Origin: an uncultured delta proteobacterium
GTDB taxonomy: Bacteria > Desulfobacterota > Binatia > UBA9968
Length of the DNA stretch: 64,000 nt
Assembly (NCBI GenBank): GCA_963745035.1
Contig: CAVUVW010000013.1
Coordinates: 160,001 to 224,000, forward strand
Reading direction: 5' to 3'
The position numbers and the translations under genes are program-made. This document shows, in pieces, positions 60,950 to 64,000 of this stretch (position 1 is the stretch's first letter; each line of letters opens with the position of its first letter). The notes below the pieces were generated by a model, which had not been told where the DNA came from, searched no databases, and saw only the letters and a program-made list of their open reading frames with translations.

Positions 60950-61996
60950 TTACAGTTGCAGCAAGCCGAAGAATTCTGCGGCAGTGCCGCCGAGCAGGTT
61001 GTCGATATCTGCTTGGGTGAGTCCTTCGCGTGCGCGCAACATGGCGATGGTTTTGGGCGATGTGCCGTCGGGATGCGGATAGTCGCTGCCGATCATCAAA
61101 CGTGAGCTGCCGATGCGTTTGACAACATCAGGCAAAGTCGAATCTTCCGCACCGAAAGAAAAATAGAAATGATCGAAGCACTCTCTCGGGCGTCGCTTGG
61201 TTTTCTCGCGCGCCGCCGGTCTGGCATCGTAAGCCATTTCCAAACGGTCGAGGAGCCACGGAATCCAGCCGATGCCGACCTCAAAAAATCCGAATTTAAG
61301 AGCGGGAAAGCGATCAAGTACGCCGCTGAAGATCAGCGCTGAAATCGCCGTAAAGACTTCGAACGGGAAACCCAGGCACACGTCGAGATTGTACCGGGCG
61401 AACCGCTCGACACCGAGTAGCGGACCGCTATCGACGCCATGGACCGAGAGCGGCGCTCCCATTCTTTCCACCGCCTCGTAAAACGGCCAGAGAAACTCGC
61501 GATCCAGGTCTTGACCATTGACGTTCTGGTAAACGATGACGGAGTGAAGGCCCAGCTCCTTGATGGCGTGTTCCGCTTCTCCGATGGCGAGCTTGATGTC
61601 TTGCAGCGGCGCGGCGGCGATGCCGACGAACTTGTTCGGGTATCTTTTCAGGACTCGCGAGATCGATTTATTGTAGGCGCGACTCACGTTGGCGCCCATA
61701 ATCGCGTCGACGTCGTAATAAAAGGGCGAGTTGTTCGGGATCAACACCTGCATGTCGAAGCCGTCCTGAGCCATCGCCTCGAGTCGCGGCTCGATCTCGA
61801 AGTCGGATCTTGGGCGGCCGTTTACCCGCAGCGGTTTGATGTGCGCCGGCACGTGCGGTACGCGCGCCGGGTAATCGATTCGATATCGCCCCGTCGGCAA
61901 AGCCACAACGCGCGGCCCTTGCTCGCTATACTTCGGGTCCAAGTCGGCGAATGCGTCGAGGGGCGTGAAGTGGGTATCGGAATCGATGTGAATCAT
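60950..61996 (-). CDS. Amidohydrolase-2 family protein (decarboxylase/hydratase-like)
   Basis: IDSDTH, PLQD, PLSVH, GVLDRFPALK, EVGIGW, IGSDYPHPD. Confidence 0.9.
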   Translation of the reverse strand: MIHIDSDTHFTPLDAFADLDPKYSEQGPRVVALPTGRYRIDYPARVPHVPAHIKPLRVNGRPRSDFEIEPRLEAMAQDGFDMQVLIPNNSPFYYDVDAIMGANVSRAYNKSISRVLKRYPNKFVGIAAAPLQDIKLAIGEAEHAIKELGLHSVIVYQNVNGQDLDREFLWPFYEAVERMGAPLSVHGVDSGPLLGVERFARYNLDVCLGFPFEVFTAISALIFSGVLDRFPALKFGFFEVGIGWIPWLLDRLEMAYDARPAAREKTKRRPRECFDHFYFSFGAEDSTLPDVVKRIGSSRLMIGSDYPHPDGTSPKTIAMLRAREGLTQADIDNLLGGTAAEFFGLLQL

Positions 61997-62020
61997 TCTT
62001 TCCTCCGCGGCTGCTGTGAA

Positions 62021-63097
62021 TTAACTGCCTTTGCGCAGGATCAGCTTATCGAACAGCTCGACCAGCTCCGCGGCGCGCTCGCCCCATTTGATCGGCGATA
62101 CCGTCTGTACGCGCCGGTTGCCGGGATCGACCAAATATTTTACGTCACGATGGCTGACCCAGCGCCCTTGCGCGGCCATCACCTCCTGGCCGCGTTTCGA
62201 GAGCAGGAAATCGACGAACAGCGCCGCGGCGTGCGGATGCGGCGCGCGCGCGCCGATCCACACTCCCGTGGGAGTTTTGGCGACAACGTAGGGCTCGGGG
62301 AAAAGAATCTCGATCGGCGCGCCCTTTGACCTCAAGAGATAGCCGGTGTGATTGTAACCGTCCACCATCAGGGGAATCTCGCCGGCAGCTACGAGTTGGC
62401 CGAGCAAAGTGTTGCCTTTGCGCAGATTGAGTTGCTGGCGGCCGAGCTGCTCCGCGATCTGTTTGCCGCGTTCTTCACCATAGTAGTCCATCAGCGCCGC
62501 GATCCAGTCGTAGGACTCGTCATCCATGCCCAGTTGTCCTCTCCATTTGGCGGCGAGCAAGTCTTCGATCGACTTCGGATAATCCTGCGGCTTGAGCAAG
62601 TTTCGGTTGGCCAGAAACAATTGTCCCTGAGTGAAGATGGAGTTGAAGTAGCCCTCGTTGTCCTTGTAGCCGGGGCGAAGCGCGTCGCGGAACGGCGAAC
62701 GATAGGCAGCAATAATTTGCCGCTTGCGCAGCGGGAATAGAAACAGTCCGCGGATATGAGTGATGTCGAAAAGATAAGACTTGGCGCTGTACTCGGAGTT
62801 GACACGAGTCATCGTCTGGACTGCGCTGCCGTTCAAGAGTTTCACCCGAACGTAAGGATGATCCTTTTGAAACAGATTGATCAATTCCTGAGAGTTCTCG
62901 CGGTTCATGGTCGAGTACCAGACCAGCTCGCCTTCCTTGCGCGCCCCGTCGATCAATCTTTGCTGGCGTTCCGTCGCGGGTAGACGATTGATTTTGTCGA
63001 GCAGCTCTTCGACGGTTTGCGCGCCGGCGGGATATGAGAGTGAAAGCAGGGAGGCGACGGCCAGCAACCATGCGAGCGCGAAGGATCGTCCGTTCAT
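62021..63097 (-). CDS. ABC-type extracellular solute-binding protein
   Basis: Signal peptide; GARKEGELVWYSTM; APHPHAAALFVDFLLSKRGQ; paralog of 9287-10285. Confidence 0.87.
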   Translation of the reverse strand: MNGRSFALAWLLAVASLLSLSYPAGAQTVEELLDKINRLPATERQQRLIDGARKEGELVWYSTMNRENSQELINLFQKDHPYVRVKLLNGSAVQTMTRVNSEYSAKSYLFDITHIRGLFLFPLRKRQIIAAYRSPFRDALRPGYKDNEGYFNSIFTQGQLFLANRNLLKPQDYPKSIEDLLAAKWRGQLGMDDESYDWIAALMDYYGEERGKQIAEQLGRQQLNLRKGNTLLGQLVAAGEIPLMVDGYNHTGYLLRSKGAPIEILFPEPYVVAKTPTGVWIGARAPHPHAAALFVDFLLSKRGQEVMAAQGRWVSHRDVKYLVDPGNRRVQTVSPIKWGERAAELVELFDKLILRKGS

Positions 63098-63185
63098 TTT
63101 TCCCTCGACGGTTGAGGAGATGTTGGTCTTAGATAGCCGAGGCAAACTTATGGCAAGCCGAGGCGTGCTGTCAATTCAAACCCAA

Positions 63186-64000
63186 TCAGCGGCGGGCGAT
63201 CACTGCGCGCGCCGCCGCGACGATGCGCTCTTTGCCGGGGAGAAATTCTTTTTCCAGGGTCGAGCCGGCGGGCACCGGCGCGAAGGGAGCGGCGACCCGA
63301 CGGATCGGGCTATCGAGATAGTAGAAAATTTCTTGTTGCAGCCGTGCGATGATTTCCGCGCCGATGCCGCCCTGTTCGACGGCCTCGTGGACGACGATCA
63401 AATGACCGGTTTTTTTGACGGAGTTGGCAATCGTGTCGACATCCAAAGGTGAGATGCTGCGCGGGTCGATGACTTCGGCGGAGATTCCTTCGGCGGCCAA
63501 TTCATCAGCTGCCGCCAGCGCAGGAGCGACCATGCTGGCCAGAGCGACGATCGACATACGATCCCCGGACCGGACGCACGCGGCGCGCCCGATCGGCACG
63601 ACATGATCGCCGCTTGGAACATCCCCTTTCGACCAGTAAAGGCCGCGATGCTCGACGAAGATTGCGGGATTGTCGTCGCGAATTGCCTCTTTCAACAAGC
63701 CTTTGGCGTCGGCAGGATTGGCGGGCATGACCACTTTCAAGCCGGGTACATGCGCGAGCCAGGCCTCCAGGCTCTGCGAATGATGCGCACCCATGGCGCC
63801 GCTGATGCCGCACTGGACGCGCACCGTCAGTGGAATCTTCAGTTGGCCGCCGGACATGTAGTGCAACTTTGCGGCGTGGTTCACCAACTGATCCATCGCC
63901 AGAGTGATGAAATCAATGAACATGATCTCCACGACGGATCTGAGACCCGCTGTTGCGGCGCCGATCGCAAGTCCCATGACGGTGCCTTCGCTGATCGGGG
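63186..64000 (-). CDS. Pyruvate/acetoin dehydrogenase E1 beta subunit (5' end outside the window)
   Basis: PISE, VVEIMFIDF, AHHSQSLEAW, AEVIDPRSISPLD, VKKTGHLIVVHE. Confidence 0.93.
   Translation of the reverse strand, partial: PISEGTVMGLAIGAATAGLRSVVEIMFIDFITLAMDQLVNHAAKLHYMSGGQLKIPLTVRVQCGISGAMGAHHSQSLEAWLAHVPGLKVVMPANPADAKGLLKEAIRDDNPAIFVEHRGLYWSKGDVPSGDHVVPIGRAACVRSGDRMSIVALASMVAPALAAADELAAEGISAEVIDPRSISPLDVDTIANSVKKTGHLIVVHEAVEQGGIGAEIIARLQQEIFYYLDSPIRRVAAPFAPVPAGSTLEKEFLPGKERIVAAARAVIARR

Overview
GC-rich bacterial chromosomal segment. The gene content (stand-alone ABC substrate-binding proteins, LLM oxidoreductases, amidohydrolases, cupins) suggests a Candidatus Binatota/Binatia-like deltaproteobacterium, which is inference only. 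Many genes are broken by 1-nt indels, most likely long-read consensus errors. In order: (1-11.4 kb) a catabolic cluster with Mo-hydroxylase subunits, two LLMs, a hydrolase, an RpiR regulator, a bicupin, two ornithine-cyclodeaminase-like proteins, an M24 peptidase, an isochorismatase and an SBP; (11.6-13.7 kb) ferredoxin, ybeY and prfB with its programmed +1 frameshift; (13.7-23.2 kb) an ECF sigma/zinc anti-sigma pair with three matching GGAAC-N16/17-CGTT promoters, then a redoxin, a Met-rich peptide and an ArsM-like/ArsS/TIGR04282-04283 cluster; (23.4-32.9 kb) a pentose-phosphate operon; (32.9-33.5 kb) a hidden UxxC selenoprotein that the ORF track splits at an in-frame TGA followed by a SECIS-like hairpin; (34.6-37.7 kb) FabF-like KS, methyltransferase and FAD oxidoreductase; long-form thyX; (40.4-50.2 kb) an accessory region marked by duplicated halves of one gene end, carrying tandem cyclase-STAND-TPR genes and a TIR-TM-TPR gene; (50-64 kb) catabolic genes and SBPs interspersed with four small orphan genes that each have a sigma54-type promoter. 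No rRNA, tRNA, CRISPR array, integrase or transposase was recognised.
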